Below are positions 26,370-35,709 of a DNA stretch of 64,000 nucleotides, piece by piece (the stretch's first letter is position 1; every line of letters starts with the position of its first letter). The position numbers were made by a program, and so were the translations under genes. The notes beneath the pieces are model-generated. The model ran no database searches. It saw only the letters and a program-made list of their open reading frames with translations, and had not been told where the DNA came from. Origin of the DNA: Oligoflexales bacterium (GTDB lineage: Bacteria; Bdellovibrionota_B; Oligoflexia; Oligoflexales; RGVZ01); the NCBI GenBank assembly GCA_947445775.1, contig CANFEB010000001.1, positions 147,291 through 211,290 of the forward strand. The letters run 5' to 3'.

Positions 26370-27677
26370 TCACAGCGCCGAAGTGATCTGCAAGCGCAGC
26401 GGCCGTTCGCCCAGGGTTATCCGCGGGACTCCAGCCGGACGGCCCACGCGCGACGCCAAGACAAGCGGATCGACACTGGCGAGGTTTGTCGGGCTGGAAT
26501 TGCGCATCCCAGCAGCCTGCAGGGCAAAACGTCCACCGTTGCCACCGCTTCGAGCGACAAAAGCAAACCAGCCGCGCGTCGGCGGGCGCCGCCCTTGTAC
26601 CTGGGCACTGCTGGCTGCGGCGGTTACCACAACACCGGAAATATCGCCCCGCGTGCCGGATGCCAAAAGCAATTGCCCAAGCTGGTATTTTTTAATCTCC
26701 TGGGGGGTCAGCACGTGGGCCTTGCTCAACATCTGCAAGTCCCAAGTCGAACCAGCTGCTGCCGCCGCCGTGCGCCCGACCTGCCCCGGAGCTGGAGCAA
26801 TGGCAAGGGTTTCTTCTATCAGGGGAGAGGCGCTGACCTTGGCCTGGCGTGCAAGGCACGGCGCATTGATGTAACTCGCCATGGCGACGCCGATGGCCTG
26901 GCCGCCGCGACGGGGAACCACGGCGATCCCCACCGGGACTTCATAGCAGCGGCGCTCAAAATGAACCTTGCCGGCCTTCAGATCGAGGCGCTTGATGCCG
27001 CGCAACTGCAGCACGCCGAGTTTTCGCACGTCTGCGACCTTGCGTGGCAAAACTCGATATTGCCCAGTTTTCACTAGGCCACTGACCGTCACAACACTTC
27101 GGGCCACTGCCGGGGCGACTCCCGAAAAGTCTGCCGCGGGGCAGGCTGCGGTGACTCGACGCGGTGGAAGTTTGAAGCCCACGGCCGCCAAATGAAAGCT
27201 TTTCTCTGCGGCGGGCATGACCAGCAAACCTGCGGCAATGACTCCGCAGGGAACGTCCACATTCAGTTCAAGATTGTTTTTAGCGGAAGCCACACCAAGT
27301 TCTGTCGCCCGGATCCCGTCCAAATCCCCGCGCATGGGCTCGATGACTTTATAGGCGGTGGAATCGACAAAGGGCATTTTGAAGTAGCGGCGCTCCGGCA
27401 AACGGGCGCAAGCGACGAGGGGGCGAACCACCATGGCGGCGACTTGTAACTTATCGCCGCGGTCCGCCAGAAAAACCCCCAGAGGCGAGGCGCCGCAAGG
27501 CAGGTCAAAGGCCGCCGTTACTATGTGGGTGCCTTGGGAATTTGGTTTTTCAGTGTAGAAGAGTTCTGTTAGGGGCAGGATCTGCCACCGGGTCCGGGGA
27601 AGTTCGTCGGCCAAGCCATGAGCAGCATGGGCCAAACCGGAGGCGATGACGATCAAGCGGGTAAAAAAACGCAGCAA
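26370..27677 (-). CDS. Secreted hypothetical protein with three internal Cys-bracketed repeats
   Basis: TTG start and signal peptide MLRFFTRLIVIASGLAHAAHG. Repeats are DLPCG..(~35 aa)..C, DVPCG..(~35 aa)..C and CYEVPVG..(~30 aa)..C. It ends 12-15 nt upstream of alr on the same strand. The opposite-strand ORF 26367..27077 is judged a shadow. Confidence 0.6.
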   Translation of the reverse strand: MLRFFTRLIVIASGLAHAAHGLADELPRTRWQILPLTELFYTEKPNSQGTHIVTAAFDLPCGASPLGVFLADRGDKLQVAAMVVRPLVACARLPERRYFKMPFVDSTAYKVIEPMRGDLDGIRATELGVASAKNNLELNVDVPCGVIAAGLLVMPAAEKSFHLAAVGFKLPPRRVTAACPAADFSGVAPAVARSVVTVSGLVKTGQYRVLPRKVADVRKLGVLQLRGIKRLDLKAGKVHFERRCYEVPVGIAVVPRRGGQAIGVAMASYINAPCLARQAKVSASPLIEETLAIAPAPGQVGRTAAAAAGSTWDLQMLSKAHVLTPQEIKKYQLGQLLLASGTRGDISGVVVTAAASSAQVQGRRPPTRGWFAFVARSGGNGGRFALQAAGMRNSSPTNLASVDPLVLASRVGRPAGVPRITLGERPLRLQITSAL

Positions 27678-27895
27678 AAGAAGCTCCCCGGATACGCGGA
27701 AATTTGCTTAGAAAAGTATCGAAGTCAGGCGGTTTTTAATAGCATTTCATTAGAAATACAAGTTTTTTATGGTTTATGATCTAAATTGGATGGTTGCGCA
27801 CGTCTCATCAGTTTGATAACACAGCATGACTTTCTTGAGGAACAGGCCGAGATTAATCGTAACCTGATGAATTTATAGCAGAAATCGAGAGTTTC

Positions 27896-28045
27896 ATGAA
27901 ACGTACATTTCAACCGCATAATACCCGTCGTCTTAGATCCCATGGCTTCCGCGCACGCATGGAATCCCCAGGTGGTCGCAACGTTCTTCGCTCGCGCCGC
28001 GCCAAGGGCCGCAAGCGGATCGCTGTTACGATTTACAAGAAGTAA
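27896..28045 (+). CDS. rpmH: 50S ribosomal protein L34
   Basis: Not in the ORF track (49 aa). My translation is [54 protein letters not shown] Shine-Dalgarno, followed by rnpA. Confidence 0.95.
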   Translation: MKRTFQPHNTRRLRSHGFRARMESPGGRNVLRSRRAKGRKRIAVTIYKK

Positions 28046-28048
28046 TTT

Positions 28049-28429
28049 TTGTCGATCCAGGCTGGTTCATTTCCTAAAACACAGCGGCTGCTGAACAAGA
28101 CCGACTTTGATCGTACATTTGATCAAGGCATGAAGGTCGTGTCTTCACTGCTCGTCGTGATCGCCGCAAAAACGCCGGCAACAGATTCCACCCTCATTCC
28201 AGACCGCATTGGTCTGGTCGTTTCCAAAAAAGTAGGGAATTCTGTGGTGCGCAACCGGGTCAAAAGACTACTCCGTGAAACCTTCCGTAACTCGAACGGT
28301 GACGGACTCGACCTGGTGGTCATCGCAAGACCGCCTGCCGCTGGTGCAGGGCTTCCTCAAATAATCAATGAACTTGGACTTGCCATGAAAAAACTCCGCA
28401 GCAAGCACTTCCCGGGAACCTCAAAGTGA
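28049..28429 (+). CDS. rnpA: Ribonuclease P protein component
   Basis: TTG start. ...KTQRLLNKTDFDRTF...GLVVSKKVGNSVVRNRVKRLLRE (RNR motif). Conserved rpmH-rnpA order. Confidence 0.9.
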   Translation: MSIQAGSFPKTQRLLNKTDFDRTFDQGMKVVSSLLVVIAAKTPATDSTLIPDRIGLVVSKKVGNSVVRNRVKRLLRETFRNSNGDGLDLVVIARPPAAGAGLPQIINELGLAMKKLRSKHFPGTSK

Positions 28430-28635
28430 TCAAGTTTGCCCTGAAGTTCGCATTGAAATCCTACAAGCAGTTGATTTCGCCTCTGCTCGGCCCGCGCTGC
28501 CGTTTCTTTCCGAGTTGCTCTGAATTTGCCGCCGAATGCCTGGAAAAATATTCGCTGACCACCGCCGTTACAAAAACATCCGGACGCCTGATGCGTTGCC
28601 ACCCTTGGCACCCCGGGGGAGTTGACCTGCCATGA
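28426..28635 (+). CDS. yidD: Membrane protein insertion efficiency factor YidD
   Basis: ...YKQLISPLLGPRCRFFPSCSEFAAECLEKY...RCHPWHPGG. 69 aa; GTGA overlap with rnpA. Confidence 0.92.
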   Translation: MIKFALKFALKSYKQLISPLLGPRCRFFPSCSEFAAECLEKYSLTTAVTKTSGRLMRCHPWHPGGVDLP

Positions 28636-30371
28636 ACCAAATGCCGCCTGATGATTCCAATAAACAAACCGATAGCACGCGGACGATTTTGGCCATTCTT
28701 ATTTGCGTGGCGCTTTATGCCGGTTACACCGAGTACCTGAAACGTAAGTACCCGGACTACATGAAGCCGCAGGACACGCCGGCAGAAAATACCGCCGCCA
28801 GCGCTCCAGACGCCGCACAGTCGCCGGCAAATGCAATGACACCTTCTGCCGCGAAGCCTTCTACAACATCACCTTCTGCCGCAAAACCTGCTGCGCCGAC
28901 AGTGCCAGCCGTTAAATCCCTAGACCCCGACCAACTCGTCTTGGAGTCAGACGCCTTTACAGTCACCTTGAACCAGAATCAGTCGGCGATTGCTTCCGTG
29001 CGCCTCAAAAAATTCAATGACCGGATCGGCGCAGGCGCGCAACCGGTTGAAGTCCTCGATAGCCCGCTTATTGTCCAGGGCATCATCGGCGATCAAGCGG
29101 CAAACCAGTCGCCCAACGGCACTCTCATTCAAACCGGTGTTTTTTCGGCAGCTAGAGTCAACAATACTGTGACCATGAGCCGCAAAGACGGACCTTGGCT
29201 CGTTGAGCAATCCTTCGAACAAAAAACTGACAGCTATAACCTGGGCACCAGCGTCCGTTTCACCAACACTTCCGCCCAACCACAGTCCCTGCGCGGTGGC
29301 GTGCTTTTATCCCAGACAATCTCCACCCTCGAGGCCGGATCAAGCAGCATACTTCCGGGCAGCCCGACCGAAAAGCCGCGCATTGTCGCCAACGTCAAGG
29401 ATTCCGATCAATTCATTTTCACCGACAAATTCTGCGAAGACAGCGGCGCCAAAGAACTCAACGTCAATAACCAGGAGGTTCGTTACGTTGGCTATGACCG
29501 GCATTACTTCATGGCTGCATTCATTCCCGAGAACACCAAAACCAATTTGAAATCATGGGTTGGGGGCGCGCAAGCCCCGGCAAAAGACCTGTGCCCCGTC
29601 ACAATGTTCATCCATCAGGATTTCGGAATGGTGAGTGCAGGCGCAAGCGTCAGCATGAGTCTAGACGGATATCTCGGCCCAAAAATTTCTGATGACCTGA
29701 AAAAACGCAGCCTTTATTTGGTTGATACGCTGGATCGCGGCTGGTTCGACGTTCTGGCCGAGCCGCTCCTGCTGGCTATCAAAGGTTTTGAAAGCGCCCT
29801 CAAAAACTACGGCCTGGCGATCATCCTGCTGACAGTTTTGTTGAAGGTTCTCTTCTATCCATTGACGAAAAAAGCCGCCTCTTCTGCGCATAAAATGAAG
29901 AAATTCAATCCAGAGATGCAGCGCCTCCGCGAACGCTACAAAGATGACCCGCGCACTCAGCAGCAAGAAGTCATGCGTTTTATGGCCGCCCACAAGCTGA
30001 ATCCCATGCAGGGCTGCCTGCCAATTCTGCCGCAGATCCCGGTTTTCCTGGCCTTCTATCGCGTGCTTTCCTCGGCCATTGAATTGCGCCAAGCGCCGTT
30101 TTTCGGCTGGATTCAGGATTTATCCGTTGCCGACCCCTATTATGTGACGCCGCTTCTTTTGGGCGTCGGAATGTTTCTTCAGCAAAAGCTGACCCCCATG
30201 GCCGGTGTCGACAAGACACAAGAAAAGGTCATGCTGGCGATGCCGCTGATATTTACCGTAATGATGCTGACCCTTCCCGCGGGAATGGTCTTGTACATGC
30301 TGGCCAACACCGTCATGTCGATCGCGCAGCAACAATGGCTCAACCGCAAACTGACGCACGAATCGACCTGA
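28632..30371 (+). CDS. yidC: Membrane protein insertase YidC
   Basis: 579 aa. N-terminal TM segment, large periplasmic P1 domain, and C-terminal 60-kDa insertase core (...GLAIILLTVLLKVLFYPL...NPMQGCLPILPQIPVF..). ATGA overlap with yidD. Confidence 0.93.
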   Translation: MNQMPPDDSNKQTDSTRTILAILICVALYAGYTEYLKRKYPDYMKPQDTPAENTAASAPDAAQSPANAMTPSAAKPSTTSPSAAKPAAPTVPAVKSLDPDQLVLESDAFTVTLNQNQSAIASVRLKKFNDRIGAGAQPVEVLDSPLIVQGIIGDQAANQSPNGTLIQTGVFSAARVNNTVTMSRKDGPWLVEQSFEQKTDSYNLGTSVRFTNTSAQPQSLRGGVLLSQTISTLEAGSSSILPGSPTEKPRIVANVKDSDQFIFTDKFCEDSGAKELNVNNQEVRYVGYDRHYFMAAFIPENTKTNLKSWVGGAQAPAKDLCPVTMFIHQDFGMVSAGASVSMSLDGYLGPKISDDLKKRSLYLVDTLDRGWFDVLAEPLLLAIKGFESALKNYGLAIILLTVLLKVLFYPLTKKAASSAHKMKKFNPEMQRLRERYKDDPRTQQQEVMRFMAAHKLNPMQGCLPILPQIPVFLAFYRVLSSAIELRQAPFFGWIQDLSVADPYYVTPLLLGVGMFLQQKLTPMAGVDKTQEKVMLAMPLIFTVMMLTLPAGMVLYMLANTVMSIAQQQWLNRKLTHEST

Positions 30372-30435
30372 CTGGCATGTGACCACAAAGGTCACGTTGG
30401 CCGGATCACACTCAAACTGGAGGAATTGACAGGAC

Positions 30436-31425
30436 ATGAACACAGACAAGCAACGGGTTAAAACATCGGGCAAGACACTTGATCTTGCTATCGTCAAAGC
30501 GGCAGTGGCCCTTGGTGTTGACCAACATCAAGTCGGTTACGATGTGGTGAAAGAATCCAAGGGCGGCATTTTGAAGCTGTTTGGATTTGGTCAGGTCGAA
30601 ATTTCGGCCTGGGTTAAAAGCCAAGGGCGGCGTCACGGACGCAGTGACGGTCGCAACGACAACCGTCCTCAAGGCAGCGGAGAGGGACGTAATGACGGCC
30701 GGGGACAGGGCCGCGGACGTGATCGTGGAAGGGATCGTGGCCGTGATCGGGCTGGAGCATCCGCTCAGAGCCCTGAAAATCGCAGCCAACAAGAATCTTC
30801 GCGCGGGCAACGCAGCCCCCGTCCAGCGCGTCATGAGCGTCTTGATACGCGTGCCCCACGTACCCCGCGTGAGCCGGCAATACCACTTGAGCCAGAACAA
30901 TTAGCCATCGTGACGGAAGAACTTAGACTCTTCTGCGCGGAAATTTGCTCGCGCATTACCGGCACGACCGTCGACGTCAAGGCCAGCATCCAAGGGGAAC
31001 ACCTCCGGATGGACATCCAAGACGAGGAAATCAGCAAGATTCTTTCGGAAAACAGCAAGCTTGCCGAGGCCCTCGAGCACCTACTTCGTAAAAAGCCGCG
31101 CCACTTGAAGCAGGAGCTTCCGTTCCGCGTTTTCATCGACGCCGGCAACAGCCGCCGCGGCCGCGAAGAAGAATTGACCGCCGTTGCGAAAGAGATGTCC
31201 GAAAAAGTGGTTGAGACCCAGCGTCCGGTGGTTTTGAATTACCAGAGCTCTTATGACCGCAAAATTATCCATACGGCCCTCGAAAGCGACGCACGCGTTT
31301 TCACCAAGTCGATTGGATCCGGTTCAAGCCGCAAGTTGATGATCCTGCCGGCACGCGATAATCGCACATCAGACAACAACGATGCTCTTTCGGAATCCGA
31401 CTCCTCCGAAAATCTCCACCGGTAG
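30436..31425 (+). CDS. jag: Jag/KhpB RNA-binding protein (Jag_N, KH, R3H) with Arg/Gly/Asp-rich insert
   Basis: Jag_N-like GKTLDLAIVKAAVALGV..., C-terminal R3H ...SSYDRKIIHTALESDARVFTKSIGSGSSRKLMILP, position after yidC. GRDRGRDRGRDR is encoded at 30715-30750. Confidence 0.85.
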   Translation: MNTDKQRVKTSGKTLDLAIVKAAVALGVDQHQVGYDVVKESKGGILKLFGFGQVEISAWVKSQGRRHGRSDGRNDNRPQGSGEGRNDGRGQGRGRDRGRDRGRDRAGASAQSPENRSQQESSRGQRSPRPARHERLDTRAPRTPREPAIPLEPEQLAIVTEELRLFCAEICSRITGTTVDVKASIQGEHLRMDIQDEEISKILSENSKLAEALEHLLRKKPRHLKQELPFRVFIDAGNSRRGREEELTAVAKEMSEKVVETQRPVVLNYQSSYDRKIIHTALESDARVFTKSIGSGSSRKLMILPARDNRTSDNNDALSESDSSENLHR

Positions 31426-31430
31426 AATTT

Positions 31431-32816
31431 TTGATAAGTAGACCCTCCATTGTCGCCCTGTCCACGCCTCCGGGCGCGGGCGGGGTGGCGATTATCCGGA
31501 TGTCAGGTCCGGATGCCATCGTCAGGGCCGCTGCCCTCATCGTTCGTAAGTCTCCCCCCAGAAACCGTCATGCCTGCATTGCCAACATCAAAGATCCGTC
31601 CACAGGCGAAATTATCGACCGCAGCCTGGTCCTTGCCTTTCGCGCGCCGCATTCATTCACAGGTGAAAACGTCGTGGAAATTCAATGCCACGGCGGACCC
31701 TATATTGTTCAACGCATCCTCAAAGCCTGCTTGGACTCGGGATTTCGCGCCGCGGAACCTGGGGAGTTTACTCGCAGGGCAGTCCTAAATGGCAAGCTTG
31801 ACCTGACCGAGGCCGAGGGTCTGCGCGAATTGATCGAAGCCCAGTCGGAACAAGAATGGCGCGCTGGAAAGCAACTTCATACGGGGCGATTAAAAATCGC
31901 GGTCTCGGAATTAAGAAAAAAATTGTTGGAAGCCCTTGCTTACCTCGAAGCCCGCATCGACTTCCCTGATGAGGGCGACACGGCCGGAGTTTCCTTGCAG
32001 CATGTGGCCACCAGGATTGAGGCCGTACGCTTAGCACTCGCACATCTGGCCTCGACCTATGCCAGTGGCAGGGTTAGCGCCGATGGTTTGCGCGTTTGTT
32101 TGCTTGGTTCTCCGAATGTCGGAAAATCTTCTCTACTGAATTCACTTTTGGGTCACGACCGCGCCCTCGTTTCTGAAATTCCTGGAACGACACGGGACTA
32201 CATCGAGGAAAAATGCCTCGTCAACGGACGCCTCATTCGCCTGATCGATATGGCTGGCATTCGCGAATCGAGTGATCTGGTCGAGCAACTTGGAGTTGCG
32301 CGGGCAAAATCTCTGGCAAAAGAAGCGGATCTGATTTTGCTGGTAACATCAGTCGACGATGTGACTGAGGATTCCAAACGGATCATGCCTTGGATCAAGG
32401 CCGAATTCCTTGCCGATCCCATCATTGTTGTGACAAAAATCGACCTGTTAAATGACCATGGCGCCTCGGCCGCGTCATCAACCACTGTCAGTCCAGTCAC
32501 CATCTCCAACGTGACCGGCGAGGGCATTGCCACTTTACGCAACCGCCTGGCCGATGAAGTCGACCGCCGAATCGGATCGCTTCAACACGAAGGGGCTTGG
32601 CTGACCAATGCGCGCCACTTGAATTGTGTTGAGACGGCCAAAAGCCACCTAGATGTTATTTCAACACGCCTAAATTTAAATGCTGGCGGGGATGAAGATG
32701 AAATTCTGGCCTTTGAATTGCGTCAGGCAACACAAGTCCTTGGACTTATGATTGGCGACGTCTTTGCCGACGACGTCCTCGATGTTGTCTTCAGTTCATT
32801 CTGTATTGGCAAGTAA
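31431..32816 (+). CDS. mnmE: tRNA modification GTPase MnmE
   Basis: TTG start. IVALSTPPGAGGVAIIRMSG N-terminus, G domain GSPNVGKSSLLN...DMAGIR, and C-terminal FCIGK motif. Confidence 0.93.
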   Translation: MISRPSIVALSTPPGAGGVAIIRMSGPDAIVRAAALIVRKSPPRNRHACIANIKDPSTGEIIDRSLVLAFRAPHSFTGENVVEIQCHGGPYIVQRILKACLDSGFRAAEPGEFTRRAVLNGKLDLTEAEGLRELIEAQSEQEWRAGKQLHTGRLKIAVSELRKKLLEALAYLEARIDFPDEGDTAGVSLQHVATRIEAVRLALAHLASTYASGRVSADGLRVCLLGSPNVGKSSLLNSLLGHDRALVSEIPGTTRDYIEEKCLVNGRLIRLIDMAGIRESSDLVEQLGVARAKSLAKEADLILLVTSVDDVTEDSKRIMPWIKAEFLADPIIVVTKIDLLNDHGASAASSTTVSPVTISNVTGEGIATLRNRLADEVDRRIGSLQHEGAWLTNARHLNCVETAKSHLDVISTRLNLNAGGDEDEILAFELRQATQVLGLMIGDVFADDVLDVVFSSFCIGK

Positions 32817-32837
32817 CCGCTGAGGTAACCCCTGAGG

Positions 32838-33761
32838 TCACTGCGGATCCAAGCAGTGGATCAGCCAGTGGTCATTCAAGGCATGTTGTAGGTAGGCGGC
32901 TGCAAAAGGCGGCACAATCGCCAACATTGCGGCCGTGACTGGCCGCGTTGCCGTATAGCCGTCTTGCTCTTCCATGGCGCGGATCAAACAAGCCAAATCC
33001 CAAGTCGCTTTTATATGAAGGCCGGGTACCCATGCCATCCATGGACTGGCGACATGACGCCGAACGAGGGTGTCATGATCCATGTGCCAGACAACCTCAC
33101 GCATCGCCCCAAGCAACCACGCCGTATAATATACCCCACACGAAACTGTCGTTAAAAACGCTGGGGACACTGGGTTGCACAGATTTCCCAGACGGGATTT
33201 AGCTCGCTGGGCCAACCAGGCCATGCGCGGTTCAACCGGGGATTGCACCTGCCCGGCTTGTTGGGCAAGTTGCATGGCGGACTCAATCCGCGGAGATATT
33301 GCGATGGCAGTCTCAGGAACGAAAGCATCCATCGGCACCAAGCAGCCGACGGGAGCCGCTAGGGCCGAGGGATTCACCCCCGACATCACGAGAGCCTGCA
33401 GGATGTCGTCATCAGCATTCATGGGCAAAGCCACTGTCGGCATCTCCATCACCGAAGCCACTTCCGGCATCTCCATGGCCTGGGCAGCCAGGCTAGTGAG
33501 GCTAGCAAGGTTGGCCGCCGCCGACCACAGGCCGGCAAAGTCTTCCGCGTCATACCACTGGGCAAAGCCGCGCCTTGAAACAAAACGCTTACCGCTCTCG
33601 GCACCCTGCCGCAAAGTAAAGTCATGATTTTCAACAGAAAAAATCGTGGCCGCCGGCAACGGACCGTCAACGCCACCAGCGCCGTCGCAAACAAACCAGT
33701 CATCGGACCATTCATCTGGCCAGCCCGTTGCTGCAATGTCGGGAAGTGCGTGCACGAACAT
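32838..33761 (-). CDS. Hypothetical protein, GYF_2-like N-terminus and DUF4234-like C-terminal region (tentative)
   Basis: WFVCDGAGGVDGPLPAATI resembles the GYF_2/DUF4339 motif, and ...FLTTVSCGVYYTAWLLGAMREV resembles DUF4234. Contains a 27-bp tandem repeat (MEMPEVASV/MEMPTVALP). The ORF is open to GTG 33830. Confidence 0.5.
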   Translation of the reverse strand: MFVHALPDIAATGWPDEWSDDWFVCDGAGGVDGPLPAATIFSVENHDFTLRQGAESGKRFVSRRGFAQWYDAEDFAGLWSAAANLASLTSLAAQAMEMPEVASVMEMPTVALPMNADDDILQALVMSGVNPSALAAPVGCLVPMDAFVPETAIAISPRIESAMQLAQQAGQVQSPVEPRMAWLAQRAKSRLGNLCNPVSPAFLTTVSCGVYYTAWLLGAMREVVWHMDHDTLVRRHVASPWMAWVPGLHIKATWDLACLIRAMEEQDGYTATRPVTAAMLAIVPPFAAAYLQHALNDHWLIHCLDPQ

Positions 33762-33973
33762 CTCCACGAACGTCTCCACAAATATTTCTAGGCAATAAAA
33801 TTTTGTACGGCAAAGGTGACGTGAATTCACCGCTCACCCGTTATGATTGTAGCAGGGGCATCGACGGATTCAGATGCCCGGCAGACACCGCCAAACATAT
33901 TCTCCCGGCGCGTGTCTTCTGCCATGACTTTTGTATGGCCCAATTGAATGGGGAATGAGGAAGTTTATTCATT

Positions 33974-35638
33974 ATGACCAATTCTCATTTGGAAAATCCC
34001 CACGCGGTGTCCCCACAAAAAAACTCCCCGGAGGTTGCCATGGAATTCATTAAAGAGTTCAGACGACGACTCGAGGCCAGACAATTTCCCGTTGAATGGC
34101 CTGGACATTTTTTGGCAAGCGGGTGGCACCGTAGCGGAAAAATTGAGGACACCGGAGAACGTCGCCGGTCTGAAAATCCCGGCACCGGAGAATTTTTGGT
34201 TGCCACCACGACGGAGCGCGAAGCGAAATCATCGCTGGATACGGCCATTGAGCAGGCAAACCACGCGCGCCTTGCCATGCGCGCCATTCCGCTGGCAGTC
34301 CGCATGGACGAACTGCGTACGATTAGACGGGCCCTGGGCGATCATTCTCAGGAAGCGATGTTGGCCCTGCGCCTAGAGTCGGGGCTGACGCCCGCAGAGG
34401 CCGACATGGATTTGTCGGCAGCCCTTCGCCACTTTGATCACGTCCTAGAAATGCCCGATGAAATCGAAAAGACCCTTCTGGCCCCGGCCCGCCTGGGAAT
34501 TCGCGGGGCCGGATCCCACGAAGATTTTGTGATGCTGCCCGTGGGTACGGTTTTGGGCTACCTACCATTTTCGACGCCGCTGGCAACTTTTGCCACTCAG
34601 GTTACTGGCGCCTTTTTGGCCGGATGCCCGTTGATTGCCATGCCCAGCCCGCACTCTTCACTGATTGGAATTTTGCTTGGGTCAATCGCCTCTGGCTTAA
34701 ATTTGACTAGAGGCTCGCTGCAGGTTGTGTTCGGAAATTTTGAGGTCTTGCGGCACGGGCTGTTGAATAAAAAAATAGCAGCTGTCTTGTATAACGGCTC
34801 GCGAGAACATTGCGAAAAAATCCGAGCAGAAAGCCGCGCCATCATTGAGCGGCAGCTGGTCCTGCAAAGTGGCGGCAAGAATGCCGTTTTGGTCCATGAC
34901 ACGGGTAACATTGAAGCCTCCGTGAGCGCGACTTTGGCGGGAGCCCTGCGAGCAGCAGGCCAGATGTGCACCTCGACGAGCCGCGTCTTCGTACATCAAT
35001 CGTTGAGCAAACAGTACTGCGAGGCCATTCATAGCCGCGCGGAAAAATTAAAGATCGGCCGAACTGATTTGCCGTCGCAAGATCATCTCTCCGGTGAAGA
35101 TTTGTTACCGGGCAAGGGCTCGCCGCACATGGGGCCACTTTACGCCGGAAAATCCGTCGACAAGTTTTTGCGCTTTCAAACGATGGCACGACGCGAGGCC
35201 AAAAAGAGTCTCGTCACCGGCAAGAAAATTTCGGAATTCCGCAACGGTCATTTCGTCACACCGGGCATTCACCTGATGAAGCAATTTGATGCGCTGAGTT
35301 CCTACCAATCGAACGTGATTTTTTCGCCGGACATCGCAATCCACGAATACGATCAATTGAATGATGCGATTGAGGCCGTTAACGCAACGGATGCTGCCTT
35401 TGCGATGGCTTTTTTCGGAGACCCGGGGGTAATCCAGGAATGGCGTCATCACATTCTGGCTCCTAATGTGATTTTGAACGGTCCAACCACGGAGTACGAG
35501 GCCCAGTTGCCCCTCGCCGGACGGCTGCAAAGCGGCCATCACCGGTTTCACGGGACCGCACTGGCGCTTTATTTGAGCTATCCTCAGGCAATTCTGCGCC
35601 AGGCTTCGGCCCTGGGACTGTTCACGGAGTCCTATTGA
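33974..35638 (+). CDS. Aldehyde dehydrogenase superfamily protein
   Basis: Catalytic-Cys motif AAGQMCTSTSR (Cys codon 34967-34969) and the Glu-box region LVLQSGGKNA, where the usual Glu is Gln (CAA 34865-34867). Confidence 0.8.
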   Translation: MTNSHLENPHAVSPQKNSPEVAMEFIKEFRRRLEARQFPVEWPGHFLASGWHRSGKIEDTGERRRSENPGTGEFLVATTTEREAKSSLDTAIEQANHARLAMRAIPLAVRMDELRTIRRALGDHSQEAMLALRLESGLTPAEADMDLSAALRHFDHVLEMPDEIEKTLLAPARLGIRGAGSHEDFVMLPVGTVLGYLPFSTPLATFATQVTGAFLAGCPLIAMPSPHSSLIGILLGSIASGLNLTRGSLQVVFGNFEVLRHGLLNKKIAAVLYNGSREHCEKIRAESRAIIERQLVLQSGGKNAVLVHDTGNIEASVSATLAGALRAAGQMCTSTSRVFVHQSLSKQYCEAIHSRAEKLKIGRTDLPSQDHLSGEDLLPGKGSPHMGPLYAGKSVDKFLRFQTMARREAKKSLVTGKKISEFRNGHFVTPGIHLMKQFDALSSYQSNVIFSPDIAIHEYDQLNDAIEAVNATDAAFAMAFFGDPGVIQEWRHHILAPNVILNGPTTEYEAQLPLAGRLQSGHHRFHGTALALYLSYPQAILRQASALGLFTESY

Positions 35639-35709
35639 AGCCTTGGCCCTCGGCCCGACAACCGGTAAAACCCCTCTAGGGCATTCGAACTTGTGGGGAG
35701 GGTCTTACT

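Noticed and set aside
27678-27895. Possible replication origin or DnaA boxes upstream of rpmH. The rpmH-rnpA-yidC-jag-mnmE cluster usually neighbours dnaA/oriC.
   Set aside because: No dnaA gene is adjacent (the upstream gene is an unrelated secreted protein). I found no TTATCCACA-like 9-mers in this 218-bp AT-rich spacer. The closest string (GATAACACA) does not align with the consensus.
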